Positions 37,884-47,999 of a stretch of 57,269 bases of DNA are shown here, piece after piece. The stretch comes from an uncultured Collinsella sp. GTDB lineage: Bacteria; Actinomycetota; Coriobacteriia; Coriobacteriales; Coriobacteriaceae. Both the position numbers and the translations under genes were made by a program. The stretch's first letter is position 1, and every line of letters begins with the position of its first letter. The notes under the pieces were generated by a model, which saw only the letters and a list, made by a program, of their open reading frames with translations, did not search any database and was not told the origin of the DNA. The stretch lies in the NCBI GenBank assembly GCA_959021215.1, contig CAUEUQ010000001.1, forward strand, positions 1 through 57,269. Direction: 5' to 3'.

Positions 37884-38656
37884 TGCGTCCCGTTATCGAC
37901 ATCCGCAACGTGCACCGCATCTTTGAGAGCGAGGCAGGTTGCGCCCACATCCTGCACAACGTGAGCCTGGCGGTAAATCCCGGCGAATTCGTCGCTATCA
38001 CTGGCCCCTCGGGCTCGGGCAAATCAACGCTCATGAACATCCTAGGCTGCCTGGATAAGCCGACGGCGGGCGACTACTACCTGCAAGGGCTCAACGTGGC
38101 CGAGCTTGACGATGACGAGCTCACCGAAGTCCGCGGCCTGAGCATTGGCTTTGTCTTTCAGAGCTTCAACCTGCTGCCGCGCCTGTCGGTTATCGAAAAC
38201 GTCATGCTGCCGCTGGCCTACACCAATGTGCCCCGTAGCCAGCGCGAAATGCGCGCCGTGCACGCGCTGCAGGCCGTCACGCTGCCGGTCGACCACTGGG
38301 ACCACCGCATATCAGAGCTCTCGGGCGGACAGATGCAGCGCGTCGCAATCGCGCGAGCCCTCGTCAATGACCCGCCCATCATTCTGGCCGACGAGCCGAC
38401 GGGAAACCTGGACTCCGCAACCGGAGTGCTCGTCATGGAAACATTCCACAAGCTTCAGGAGCGCGGCAAGACCATCGTGCTCATCACACACGACCCCGGC
38501 ATCGCCGCCGAAGCCGACCGCGCCGTGACCATCCGCGACGGCCGCATCCATGACGGCGCGTATATTCCACATGCACCGAAGACCCTACGCAGCGCCGTAG
38601 ATATCCTGCCCATGATTTCCGCCTCCGCCAACCCGCCGAAAGGAGTGGTGGCATGA
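37883..38656 (+). CDS. ABC transporter ATP-binding protein (MacB/LolD-like)
   Basis: [34 protein letters not shown]. Confidence 0.95.
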   Translation: MRPVIDIRNVHRIFESEAGCAHILHNVSLAVNPGEFVAITGPSGSGKSTLMNILGCLDKPTAGDYYLQGLNVAELDDDELTEVRGLSIGFVFQSFNLLPRLSVIENVMLPLAYTNVPRSQREMRAVHALQAVTLPVDHWDHRISELSGGQMQRVAIARALVNDPPIILADEPTGNLDSATGVLVMETFHKLQERGKTIVLITHDPGIAAEADRAVTIRDGRIHDGAYIPHAPKTLRSAVDILPMISASANPPKGVVA

Positions 38657-39867
38657 GCGCCCGCGATCTCATCCAGGAAGCCCTTCACTCGCTCGAGGCC
38701 AACAAGGGCCGCAGCCTGCTCACCATCCTGGGCATCGTCATTGGCATCGCCTCGGTTATCGCCATGACTTCGCTCATCGGCGGCATCCAAAACAGTTTGG
38801 TCAACAGCCTGGGCCTCAATGCGGCACGCATGGTGCAAATCTATTCGTCGCAAGAACTCACCGAGTCGGACATCGAGAAGCTTCAAAAACTGGTGCCGCA
38901 GATAGAGCAGATCGGCATTGTCGACAGCGCGTATACCGAGTATAAGACCGGCGATAAAAGCTATACCGTCATGGCACAGGGTGTCGATAGCGACATGCTC
39001 GACGCCGTGGGGGCCAGCAAGCTCGTTGCGGGGCGAACCTATTCCCAGGCCGAGTCCCAATCAGGCTCGCGCGTGGCGCTCATCAGCCGCGGCGGCGCCG
39101 ATCAGCTTTACGGCAACGAACAGGATGCGCTGGGGAAAACCATCAAGGTGTCCAACGGCGAGGTGCAGATTGTAGGCGTGATTGATGGCGGCAGCGACTC
39201 CATGGGCTCGCTCACGCTGTATATGCCACGCGAAACCATCTCCGGGCTGTTTGGCGACGAGAACCCTTCATTCCCCAGCGTGACGGCACTTGCCGCCGAG
39301 GGCACGGACATGGATGAGCTCTGCAAGACCATCGAGTCCAAGGTGCGCGCGATGAAGGGCATCGCGGAGGATGATGAGTACGACAGTGTATCGGCGACCT
39401 CCATGAAAAGCGCCATCGATGCACTCAACTCCTTTATGGGCGCGTTCTCGCTTATCATAGGTGCTGTCGCCAGCATCTCGCTGCTTGTCGGCGGTATCGG
39501 CATTATGAATATGATGCTCACCAACGTGACCGAGCGCATCCGCGAGATCGGTATTCGCCGTGCCCTGGGCGCCAGTCGTCGCGATATCACCGCGCAGTTT
39601 TTGGCCGAGTCCTCGGCACTGTGCGTCACCGGTGGCCTGCTGGGTGTCCTGATTGGCTATCTGCTGGCCTGGGGCCTCGCGATGTTTGCCGCAGGATCAG
39701 GGATTCTTGGCGAGCTCGGTGCCAGCGGGCAAATCACACCGAGCTTTTCAATCGCCACGGTGCTGCTGGCCTTCGCCGTCTCCGTCGGCATCGGCGTAAT
39801 CTTTGGCTTCTACCCCGCTCGCCGCGCGGCAAAGCTCGACCCGGTGGAGTGCCTACGCTACCAGTAA
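38653..39867 (+). CDS. ABC transporter permease (MacB/FtsX-like)
   Basis: RSLLTILGIVIG, GGIGIMNMML.NVTERIREIGIRRALGA, PARRAAKLDP. Confidence 0.95.
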   Translation: MSARDLIQEALHSLEANKGRSLLTILGIVIGIASVIAMTSLIGGIQNSLVNSLGLNAARMVQIYSSQELTESDIEKLQKLVPQIEQIGIVDSAYTEYKTGDKSYTVMAQGVDSDMLDAVGASKLVAGRTYSQAESQSGSRVALISRGGADQLYGNEQDALGKTIKVSNGEVQIVGVIDGGSDSMGSLTLYMPRETISGLFGDENPSFPSVTALAAEGTDMDELCKTIESKVRAMKGIAEDDEYDSVSATSMKSAIDALNSFMGAFSLIIGAVASISLLVGGIGIMNMMLTNVTERIREIGIRRALGASRRDITAQFLAESSALCVTGGLLGVLIGYLLAWGLAMFAAGSGILGELGASGQITPSFSIATVLLAFAVSVGIGVIFGFYPARRAAKLDPVECLRYQ

Positions 39868-39880
39868 GCCACCACCAACA

Positions 39881-39947
39881 AGTTGCGGTGAATTAGGGAC
39901 TGAATACGCTATCTAGCAGCAAAAACAGACACTATTTCACCGCAACT
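39881..39947. repeat. 67-bp palindromic element, copy 3
   Basis: AGTTGCGGTGAATT...ATTTCACCGCAACT; interior aligns with reverse complement of copy 2. Confidence 0.85.
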
Positions 39948-39956
39948 TATTGAAGG

Positions 39957-40075
39957 GCTGCTTGCGCCAGTTCCGGGCGTCGTGCTCGAGCTTTTGGCGG
40001 ATGACGGGCTTATACGGGTCGAGCTTGCTCGGGGCGCTCCTCCTCGCGGGCGGGAGGACGCGCAGGCGCGGCGAG
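39957..40075 (-). pseudogene. IS21-family IstA transposase remnant
   Basis: Frame reads PSKLDPYKPVIRQKLEHDARNWRKQ, like IstA N-terminal SKLDPxKxxI...RKQRHTA, broken before RHTA. Confidence 0.7.
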
Positions 40076-40078
40076 CGC

Positions 40079-40852
40079 CTAGCGCGCGAACTCCCGTAAG
40101 AGTGCGTCTTCCACTTCCCGAAGCGAAAGGCCCCCGTCTCCCTCGGCGGGACGGGTGACCACGATGCAGCGCGCTCCCACGTCGCGCGCGGCGGCAAGCT
40201 TCTCGGCCGTGCCGCCTACGGTTCCCGAGTCCTTGGTCACAAGCCACTGGGCTCCCACCTGCCGAAGCATCGCCTCGTTGAGCTCGCGGGTGAAGGGCCC
40301 CTGCATGCCGATGACGTGCGACGGCGAAAACCCCGCGTCGATGCACTTCGTTATAGCACCGGGCAGCGGGAGCACACGCACGAAGAAGCGCTCCGAGAAA
40401 TCGGCGACGCGCGTATAGGGAGCAAGCTCCTTGCTCCCCGTCGTGAGAAGCGCGCGACCCGGGTTCTCGGAGAGAAAGCGCGCCGCGCAGGCGATCGACG
40501 CGACCGACACGACGCCTTTGGGCAGCGCCTCGGCCGCACGCGCAAGGCGCAGACATCGTACACCCACGGCAAGCGAAGCGGCCCGGATGTTGCCGCTGGC
40601 GAGCGTAGCGAAGGGGTGCGTGGCGTCGACGACGATGCGCGCGCCGGAAAGCTCGCGCTCCATGTCGGCCTCGTCGAGCCTGCTCGCATGCACCTCGATG
40701 CCCGGAAGCTCGCCCAAAAGCTCGCCTCCGTACTCGGTTGCCGCGTAGGCACGGGCGGGGATGCCCGCCCCGCTCGCCCATTCGCACAGAAGGCGGCCCT
40801 CGGTGGTGCCGGCGAAGATGCGCAGCGCCGGCGCAGATGCGGGCGCCGTCAC
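40079..40852 (-). CDS. cbiJ: Cobalt-precorrin-6A reductase
   Basis: IFAGTTEGR, VDATHPFA, LTTGSK, GMQGPF, VTKDSG; GTGA overlap with cbiC. Confidence 0.9.
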   Translation of the reverse strand: MTAPASAPALRIFAGTTEGRLLCEWASGAGIPARAYAATEYGGELLGELPGIEVHASRLDEADMERELSGARIVVDATHPFATLASGNIRAASLAVGVRCLRLARAAEALPKGVVSVASIACAARFLSENPGRALLTTGSKELAPYTRVADFSERFFVRVLPLPGAITKCIDAGFSPSHVIGMQGPFTRELNEAMLRQVGAQWLVTKDSGTVGGTAEKLAAARDVGARCIVVTRPAEGDGGLSLREVEDALLREFAR

Positions 40853-41490
40853 TTCGGGCCGCCTGGGCGCGTGATCTGGTAGAGCAGCGCGTTCATAATG
40901 GCGGCCGCCACGGTCGAACCACCCTTGCGACCCCTCGCGACGATGGCCGGCGCGCGTCGCGCGAGTAGCTCCTCTTTCGCCTCGACCACGTTCACAAACC
41001 CGACCGGCACCCCAACGACGAGCGCGGGCGCGATCTTCCCCTCGTCCATGAGCTCGGCGAGGCGCAGAAGTGCTGTGGGAGCGTTGCCGACGGCCACGAT
41101 GAGCGGACCCTCGATGCCGCAAGCTTTGTCCATGCTCGCAACGGCGCGAGTCGTGCCCGCGGCGCGCGCAGCCACGGCGACATCAGGGTCGGCCATGTAG
41201 CACACGGCCTTGCAGCCGAGCTTCGCGAGCGCAGGCTTGCTTATGCCTGCGAGCGCCATGTTCGTATCGGTGAGCACCGTGGCCCCTGCGCGCAGTGCGT
41301 CGAGCGCACAGTGCGCGGCGTCATGAGTGAAAACGAGGGAATCGGCGTACGAGAAGTCGGCAGTGGTGTGGATGACGCGCTTCACGACGGGTTCTTCGAG
41401 CGGCGGGAACGTGCGGCCGCCGAGCTCTTCGGTGATGATCTCGAAGCTGCGCCGCTCGATGTCGCCGGGCGCCATCTCCTTGGAATCCAT
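40849..41490 (-). CDS. cbiC: Cobalt-precorrin-8 methylmutase
   Basis: IERRSFEII, RVIHTTAD, VGNAPTAL, PVGFV, RKGGS. Confidence 0.95.
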   Translation of the reverse strand: MDSKEMAPGDIERRSFEIITEELGGRTFPPLEEPVVKRVIHTTADFSYADSLVFTHDAAHCALDALRAGATVLTDTNMALAGISKPALAKLGCKAVCYMADPDVAVAARAAGTTRAVASMDKACGIEGPLIVAVGNAPTALLRLAELMDEGKIAPALVVGVPVGFVNVVEAKEELLARRAPAIVARGRKGGSTVAAAIMNALLYQITRPGGPK

Positions 41491-42006
41491 CTAGTACTCC
41501 ACTCCTTCCCTTGCACATATCCCCTGCTCGTAGGGGTGTTTCTCGCACCGCATCTCGGTTATGTAGTCGGCCTTCTCCACGATCTTGCGGGAAGGCGCGC
41601 GCCCGGTGAGCGCTACTTCGACGCCGCGCGCGGACATATCGAGCGCGCGGTCCACGAGCGCCTCGTCGACAAGCCCCTTCGAAAGCGCATCGAGCGCCTC
41701 GTCGAGCACGAGCAGCCCCTCCTGCGCGCCCTCGAGCTCGGCAAGCGCGGAAGCGAGGTTCCCATCGTGCAGCTCGCACGTAGCGGCAAGTTCTTCCGAC
41801 GACATCGACCAGGTAAACTTGTCCGACACCTTCCCCGCGAACACGGGCACGCCGAAATGCTCGGCGAGCAGGCGCGCCTCCCCGCTTTCGCCGTCTTTCA
41901 GGAACTGCACGACGACGACGCGGCGGCCTGCGGCGAGCATGCGAAGGGCGAGGCCCATCGCCGCCGTGGTCTTGCCTTTGCCGTCGCCATGATACACGTG
42001 AATCAT
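41491..42006 (-). CDS. cobO: Corrinoid adenosyltransferase (CobA/CobO/BtuR family)
   Basis: MIHVYHGDGKGKTTAAMG, QFLK, LDE, TGR, KHPY..G.EY. Confidence 0.92.
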   Translation of the reverse strand: MIHVYHGDGKGKTTAAMGLALRMLAAGRRVVVVQFLKDGESGEARLLAEHFGVPVFAGKVSDKFTWSMSSEELAATCELHDGNLASALAELEGAQEGLLVLDEALDALSKGLVDEALVDRALDMSARGVEVALTGRAPSRKIVEKADYITEMRCEKHPYEQGICAREGVEY

Positions 42007-43502
42007 ACGCTCTCCTCGATAATGCGGTAGACATACTCCATGTCGAGCGCTCCGCGCACGACGTCGGCCAGGCGGTCGAACTCGCGCGCACGGTGATCGG
42101 CCGCGGACGCCGCGCCCGCAGCACCCACGACGCTCTCGGGCAGGCCGCGCATGCGCGCGAGCGAGCGCGCGAGGGCGAGCGCCACCCCCGGTTCGTCGAA
42201 CAGGCCGTGGAGATAGGTTCCGAACACGTTTCCGCAGGCCGCGCCTTCTGGTTTGCCGCCAATCGTGCCCGCAGGGGCGCAGGAGACGGTCGTTTCGCCG
42301 TCGTGAATCTCGTACCCACGCGCCGTCATGCCGTTCCACACCGAGAACGCGCCTTGGGCGCCCGTGATGCGCAGCTCCGACTGGGCGAGGCGCTTTTCCA
42401 CCTTGAACACCGTACTTGCAGGGATGAGCCCGAGCCCGCGCGCGGTGCCAGCGCCTTCCCTGCCGTGCGGATCGGAAAGCTCGTCTCCCAAAAGCTGGTA
42501 GCCTCCGCATATGCCGAGCACCGGCGTGCCCGCGCCCGAAAGCGCGCGTACACAGGCTCCGATGCCGCTAGCCGCAAGCCAGCGCGCGTCGTCGACCGTG
42601 GACTTCGAGCCGGGAAGCACCACCAGGTCGGGTCGGCCCAGATCGGTCGTCGAGGAAACGTAGCGCACGCCCATGCCGGGCACGCGCGAAAGCGGGTCGA
42701 AGTCGGTGAAGTTCGACAGATGCGGAAGGCGCACGACGGCGACGTCGATGACGCCGCGCGCCTCGCGGGCAGTTAGGCGCGGCGCGAGCGAGTCCTCGTC
42801 GTCCAGGTCGAGCGTAAGATACGGCACGACCCCCACGACGGGAACCCCGCACATTTTCTCGAGCGGAGCCAAACCCGGACGCAGGATTTCCACATCGCCG
42901 CGGAACTTGTTCACCATAAGCCCCCGCAAAAGCGCGCGGTCCTCGGGCGCAAGGAGCGCGACCGTGCCGTAGAGCTGGGCAAACACCCCGCCTGGGTCGA
43001 TGTCGCCCGCGAGCAGCACGGGGGAGGACACGGCGCGCGCGAGCCCCATGTTGACGATGTCGTTTTCGGCAAGGTTGATTTCGACGGGACTGCCGGCGCC
43101 CTCGATGACGATGACGTCGTTTTCCTCCGCGAGCGAATCGAACGCCTCCAAAATCTGCGGCATGAGCGCCTTCTTTCGCGCGAAGTAGTCCCTCGCAGCG
43201 AAGGCTCCCTGCGCCTTGCCGGCCACGATGAGCTGGCTTCGGTGATCGCTTTCGGGCTTGAGCAGGATGGGGTTCATGCGCACGTCGGGCGCGATGCCGC
43301 ACGCCTCGGCCTGCATGATCTGAGCGCGCCCCATCTCGAGCCCGTCGGCCGTGACACCGCTGTTGAGCGCCATGTTCTGGCTCTTGAAGGGAGCCACGCG
43401 CAGGCCGTCCTGCGAAAGCACACGGCACAGCCCCGCCGCAAGCAGGCTCTTCCCCGCGTTCGACATGGTGCCCTGGATCATGATGGGCTTCGCCCTACCC
43501 AC
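42003..43502 (-). CDS. cbiP: Cobyric acid synthase
   Basis: QGTMSNAGKS, PFKSQNM, EGAGSP, GICGGYQ, GTYLHG; AAGGAGG before GTG 43502. Confidence 0.95.
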   Translation of the reverse strand: MGRAKPIMIQGTMSNAGKSLLAAGLCRVLSQDGLRVAPFKSQNMALNSGVTADGLEMGRAQIMQAEACGIAPDVRMNPILLKPESDHRSQLIVAGKAQGAFAARDYFARKKALMPQILEAFDSLAEENDVIVIEGAGSPVEINLAENDIVNMGLARAVSSPVLLAGDIDPGGVFAQLYGTVALLAPEDRALLRGLMVNKFRGDVEILRPGLAPLEKMCGVPVVGVVPYLTLDLDDEDSLAPRLTAREARGVIDVAVVRLPHLSNFTDFDPLSRVPGMGVRYVSSTTDLGRPDLVVLPGSKSTVDDARWLAASGIGACVRALSGAGTPVLGICGGYQLLGDELSDPHGREGAGTARGLGLIPASTVFKVEKRLAQSELRITGAQGAFSVWNGMTARGYEIHDGETTVSCAPAGTIGGKPEGAACGNVFGTYLHGLFDEPGVALALARSLARMRGLPESVVGAAGAASAADHRAREFDRLADVVRGALDMEYVYRIIEESV

Positions 43503-44718
43503 GGGTATCGACCTCCTTCGCCGAGCCTCGGCCATCCGCGCCCGCCATAGCGCCGCTGCAAGAAGCGCCGCCCCGTTCGTCGGGTTCGCCTTCGCCCGAT
43601 GCGCCTTCCGCCCGAAGCGCGCGGCTGAACGCCATCGCAAGCCGGGCATTCTCCTTGTGCGTGCGCACGGCGACGCGGCACCAGAAACGGGACAGTATCG
43701 AAAACGAGTCGCACGTGCGGACCAAAACCCCCTGTTTATACAGGCGCTCGGGGATGTCTTTCGCCGGCGTGCGGACTAAAAGGAAGTTCGCATCCGACGG
43801 CACGACGGAAAGCCCGAGCGAGGAGAGCTCGTGGGAAAGCCACGCTCGCTCGCCCGCCAATACATCGCGCGTGCGCGAGACGTATTCGACGTCTTCCAGG
43901 GCGGCGATGCCCGCGGCCTCGGCGACCGAGGAGACGGGCCACGCCTGCCCCGCCCGACGAATCCCCTCGATGAGTTGGGCGTTTCCGCTGATCAGATACC
44001 CCAACCGCAACCCTGCCATTCCGTAGAGCTTGGTGAACGCGGAGAGCACGGCCACATGGTGCGAACACGCGGCGCGTGCGGCCACGCTCCTTTCGCGGGC
44101 GTCGGGCGCAAATCCGAGGAAGCACTCGTCCACGACGAGCAGCGCGCCCACCTGCTCGCAGCGGCAAGCCGCGGCATCGATCACGCGGGGGTCGACGAGG
44201 CGCCCCGTCGGGTTGTTCGGATTGCAGAGGTACGCCACGTCTCCCGGCCCCTCGATCGCGCGGGCGAAGGAGGCGGGCACGTCGAAGTCATCCGCCTCGG
44301 AGAGCGGGAACTCCTGCACGCATGCACCGTAGTACGATGCCGCCTCCGCATATTCAGAGAACGTCGGCGCGCACACGACGATGCGTTTCGGGCGTACCGC
44401 CGCGGCGAGCCGCCAGATGATGTCAGACGCGCCCGCGCCGCAGACGATAGTATCTTCGGGAATGCCCTGGGCGCGCCCTAGGGCGCGAACGAGTGCGAGG
44501 CTTTCCCTATCGGGGTAGGCGTCGATTCGAGAAAGCGCCTTGCAAGCTGCGGCGACGGCGCGCGGCGAGGGGCCTGCCGGATTCACGTTCACCGAGAAGT
44601 CAATGAGGTCGGAGGCGCCCCCTTCGCAAGCGATGCCGAGCGATTGCGAGCTGCCCCCATGCGTACGGGCGCGCAGGATTCCCCCGGCAGCCTGGGGCGC
44701 GGCGTGGTCTTCCCTCAT
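43495..44718 (-). CDS. cobD: Threonine-phosphate decarboxylase
   Basis: HGG, DFSVNVNP, CNPNNPTG, VDECF, FTKLYGMAGLRLG; cob operon context. Confidence 0.88.
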   Translation of the reverse strand: MREDHAAPQAAGGILRARTHGGSSQSLGIACEGGASDLIDFSVNVNPAGPSPRAVAAACKALSRIDAYPDRESLALVRALGRAQGIPEDTIVCGAGASDIIWRLAAAVRPKRIVVCAPTFSEYAEAASYYGACVQEFPLSEADDFDVPASFARAIEGPGDVAYLCNPNNPTGRLVDPRVIDAAACRCEQVGALLVVDECFLGFAPDARERSVAARAACSHHVAVLSAFTKLYGMAGLRLGYLISGNAQLIEGIRRAGQAWPVSSVAEAAGIAALEDVEYVSRTRDVLAGERAWLSHELSSLGLSVVPSDANFLLVRTPAKDIPERLYKQGVLVRTCDSFSILSRFWCRVAVRTHKENARLAMAFSRALRAEGASGEGEPDERGGASCSGAMAGADGRGSAKEVDTRG

Positions 44719-45692
44719 GCCATCGCCCCCACGGCGAGCACGACCGCCGCGCGCGCGGCGCCGAAGACGACGAGCGCGCATACGGACGCGGCGAGCATGA
44801 GCCTTGTCGCCCGTGCGATGTCGCCCCACTCGATTTCGCGGGACGCGTCGCCTATCGTCGGTTTCTCAACGAGCTTGCCGAAATACACCGCGGGTCCCGC
44901 CAGGCGCAGCCCGAGCGCGCCCGCGCACGCTGACTCGGTCTGCGCCGAGTTGGGGCTCGCATGGCGACGCCTGTCGCGGCGCCAGATGCGCGCCGCCCCG
45001 CGCGCGTCGAGCCCGACGATCGGGCACACGACGATCATGAGCAGGGCCGATAAGCGCGAGGGAATCCAGTTCACCGCATCGTCGAGGCACGCCGAGGCGC
45101 AGCCGAAGTCGATGTAGAGCGCGTTTTTGTAGCCCACCATGCTGTCGAGCGTGTTCACCGCCTTGTACGCCATGCCCAAGGGCGCACCCCCGATCATAAG
45201 GTAGAACAGCGGCGCGATGACGCCGTCGCTCGCGTTCTCCGCCACCGTTTCCACAGCGGCGCGCGCGACGCCCTGCTCGTCGAGAACAGACGTGTCGCGT
45301 CCCACGATGAGCCCGACGGCTTCGCGCGCCGCGACAAGGCCGCCCTTCGAGAACGCGCGGGCCACGGCCAGGCTCTGGCGGCGCAGCTCGCATGCCGCGA
45401 GAATCTGATAGCTCGCCCATGCCTCGGCCACGAAGCGCAAGCCGGAGTGAACCATGCCGCAAAGATGCAGGATTCCCCAGGTCAAAAGTCCACACGCAAG
45501 CGGAAGCGCCACGGCGAGCACAAGCCCTGCGGCGCGCGTGCCCGCGGGCGTTTGCGGGAATGCGCCCCGCAGGCGGCCTTCGGCCCACGTGATCGCGCGC
45601 CCCATGGCGACGACGGGATGGGGAAGCCAGCGCGGGTCGCCGAAGGCAAGGTCGGCCGCGAACCCGGCGGCGACGGCAAGAATCGTCATCAC
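44715..45692 (-). CDS. cbiB: Adenosylcobinamide-phosphate synthase
   Basis: GDPRWLPHPV, IVGRDT, AENASDG, NTLDSMVGY, HASPN. Confidence 0.95.
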   Translation of the reverse strand: MMTILAVAAGFAADLAFGDPRWLPHPVVAMGRAITWAEGRLRGAFPQTPAGTRAAGLVLAVALPLACGLLTWGILHLCGMVHSGLRFVAEAWASYQILAACELRRQSLAVARAFSKGGLVAAREAVGLIVGRDTSVLDEQGVARAAVETVAENASDGVIAPLFYLMIGGAPLGMAYKAVNTLDSMVGYKNALYIDFGCASACLDDAVNWIPSRLSALLMIVVCPIVGLDARGAARIWRRDRRRHASPNSAQTESACAGALGLRLAGPAVYFGKLVEKPTIGDASREIEWGDIARATRLMLAASVCALVVFGAARAAVVLAVGAMA

Positions 45693-46690
45693 CGGGCATC
45701 GCCCCCCGAAGCGGGGCGAACGTCGCGAAGGCAGCGCCCATCCCAGGTGGCGGCCCATGCGCCGCCCGGCTCGGTATGCACGTCGAAGTATTCCATTTTC
45801 GGGACAGCAAGCTCGGAAAGCAGCGCTTTCACGGTACCCGCGTGAACGACGAAGACGGCGCGCCCACTCCCCTGGGCGCGCTCCGATTCGCACGCCTCCC
45901 GAAACGCCGCGACGACGCGGCGGGTGAAATCGCTCTTGCCCTCGCCATGCGGGCAGCGCGTCTCGCACCAGGAGTCTACCCAGGCGCGGTAGCGCGCATC
46001 CTCTTTAAGCTCGGCGGCGCTTCGCCCCTCGAAGTCACCGAAATCCATCTCGCGCAGACCGGGGCATGCCATAAGCTCCGCATTCGGGAAGAGGATGCGT
46101 GCCGTCTGGTCGGTGCGGGCCATGCCACTCGTGATAACACGGAACACGTCACGATCGCACGCGAGCTCGCACAAAACGTGCTCGCCCGCGCTCGACAGGG
46201 GCTCGTCGGTGCCCGCCCCGCTGTAGCGATGGTCTTCCGTGCCCGCCGTGGCACCATGGCGCACGAAGACGACTTCCAAAGGCGCGCCCGCGCCCTGCGT
46301 CCCTCGAGGCGCATCGGCAAGGTTTCCTTTGATGACCTGGGGAATCCCGCACGTCATGCGCACGACGACGTCGGCGCGCGCAGCAAGCGCGCATCCCAGG
46401 CGCCCCGCGCGCTCGCGCCATTGGGCGTCTTCCGCACGCATGGGGACGACCCCCGAGCCGACCAAGGGCAGAATCACTGCGTCGAAGCCGATCAGCCGCT
46501 CGAGCGCCCGGTCAGCGTCGAGCGCGCGTACGAGTTCCTCAGCACGGTACGCGACACGGCCGGCAAAAGCCGCGGGCACGCCGCCCTCCGCAAGCTGCGC
46601 CGCGTCGACGAAATCGTCCGCCGCGAACCCGAGCTTTTCGCGCACGAAGGTCCTCTTCCCCGAATGCGCGCCACCTACCACGAGAATCAT
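45689..46690 (-). CDS. Fusion of short CobU-like domain and histidine phosphatase (CobC-like)
   Basis: N-terminal GGAHSGK and VGSGVVP..WRE..GR..CGIP; C-terminal VRHG, EMDFGDFEG, VHAG. Confidence 0.85.
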   Translation of the reverse strand: MILVVGGAHSGKRTFVREKLGFAADDFVDAAQLAEGGVPAAFAGRVAYRAEELVRALDADRALERLIGFDAVILPLVGSGVVPMRAEDAQWRERAGRLGCALAARADVVVRMTCGIPQVIKGNLADAPRGTQGAGAPLEVVFVRHGATAGTEDHRYSGAGTDEPLSSAGEHVLCELACDRDVFRVITSGMARTDQTARILFPNAELMACPGLREMDFGDFEGRSAAELKEDARYRAWVDSWCETRCPHGEGKSDFTRRVVAAFREACESERAQGSGRAVFVVHAGTVKALLSELAVPKMEYFDVHTEPGGAWAATWDGRCLRDVRPASGGDAR

Positions 46691-47454
46691 AGGAGCATAC
46701 CCCCCGCCACCAGCATGGCAAGCATCGCGAGCTCGGCCCATTGCAGAAACCATCCGGCCAAATCCCCCGTCACCCCGCCGAAGCGGGACAGGGCAACATG
46801 GCGGTACCACGCGAGCGCCAAAAGCCCCGCCACCGCCATAAGGGCGCCGACGGCCTGAGCGCACGCGACCATCCCTGCAGCCGAAGCCGCAGCGAAAGCG
46901 CAAAGCGGCACAACGATCGCCGCGCGCTTCTTCGAAGGCGAGAGCCCCGCGGCCATGCCGTCCGCCCGCGCGGCAGGCCAGCATTCAACGGCAAGCCCCG
47001 AAAGCGCGCGGGAGAACACGAGCGAGCACAGAAGCGCGAGGAACGTCCCCGCCGTAAGCGGCAGCGCGGTGAACAGGGAAAACTGCAGAATAAGGTACAC
47101 GACAACACCGATGACCCCGAAGGCGCCCGCCCGCGGGTCGTGCATGATCTCGAGCTTTCGCTCGCGCGGGGCCCAACTTGCAAGCGCATCGGAGGTGTCG
47201 CAGAGCCCGTCTAGGTGGATGCCTCCCGTCACCGCCACAGGCAGCGCCACGAGCACAGCCGCGACGATGGTCGCGGGCACGCCGAGCAGGTTCGCCACGT
47301 GCCCCCACGCCGTCATGAGTAAGCCTTCCGCAAGGCCCACCAGGGGAAACGCGGCAAGAGCATGGGTTGACCCGAAATCGGTCCAAGCCGATTTCGGGAC
47401 GGGGATGCGCGAGAACGTTCCGAACGCCGCGCCGATTGCCTCTGCTATCTTCAC
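46687..47454 (-). CDS. cobS: Adenosylcobinamide-GDP ribazoletransferase (cobalamin synthase)
   Basis: FSRIP, TGGIHLDGLCDTSD, IMHDPRAGAFG, GGVTGD. Confidence 0.94.
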   Translation of the reverse strand: MKIAEAIGAAFGTFSRIPVPKSAWTDFGSTHALAAFPLVGLAEGLLMTAWGHVANLLGVPATIVAAVLVALPVAVTGGIHLDGLCDTSDALASWAPRERKLEIMHDPRAGAFGVIGVVVYLILQFSLFTALPLTAGTFLALLCSLVFSRALSGLAVECWPAARADGMAAGLSPSKKRAAIVVPLCAFAAASAAGMVACAQAVGALMAVAGLLALAWYRHVALSRFGGVTGDLAGWFLQWAELAMLAMLVAGGMLL

Positions 47455-47999
47455 CTTGTAGGTCCTTCGCCTTTCATCCACACGGGAATCCCGCATACCA
47501 CTTCGACTGCGCGGTCGGCCAGCGCCGCCACGCCCGCGTTTACGCGCGCGAGCGCGCGCCTCCATGCCTCGGTCCCCTCATCGTAGCGCATCCCATCGGC
47601 GAACACGTCGACGGTGACCACCACCGTATACGCAGCGGCCTGAGCGAGCCGTTCGATACCTCCGAGCACCTCTCGCGCCGCAGCGTCAGGGTCACGTGGG
47701 GACAAGCCGCCTTCCGCGAAGAGCTCGTTCGCAACCAGGTTGCCCACGTCCTCCAAAAGAAGCGTACAGCCGCGCGGAAGCCCGGGCGCTGCGGCGCCCA
47801 CGTCACGCGTGCGCTCGAGGGTGGAAAACCCCTTACCCTCGCGCAGCGCCCGATGGCGCGCGATGCGGCGGGCGCCCTCTTCCCCGAAGGGATCCATCGT
47901 TGCCAGGTACACGCGGGGGCCGTCGTGCCCGAGGCACAGGGACTCGGCGTAGGCGCTCTTGCCGCTCGCGGCGGCGCCGATGACGAGCGACACCGTCAT
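47451..47999 (-). CDS. cobU: Adenosylcobinamide kinase/guanylyltransferase family protein
   Basis: GAAASGKS, YLAT, RIARHR..R, LLED, VCGIP. Confidence 0.88.
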   Translation of the reverse strand: MTVSLVIGAAASGKSAYAESLCLGHDGPRVYLATMDPFGEEGARRIARHRALREGKGFSTLERTRDVGAAAPGLPRGCTLLLEDVGNLVANELFAEGGLSPRDPDAAAREVLGGIERLAQAAAYTVVVTVDVFADGMRYDEGTEAWRRALARVNAGVAALADRAVEVVCGIPVWMKGEGPTR

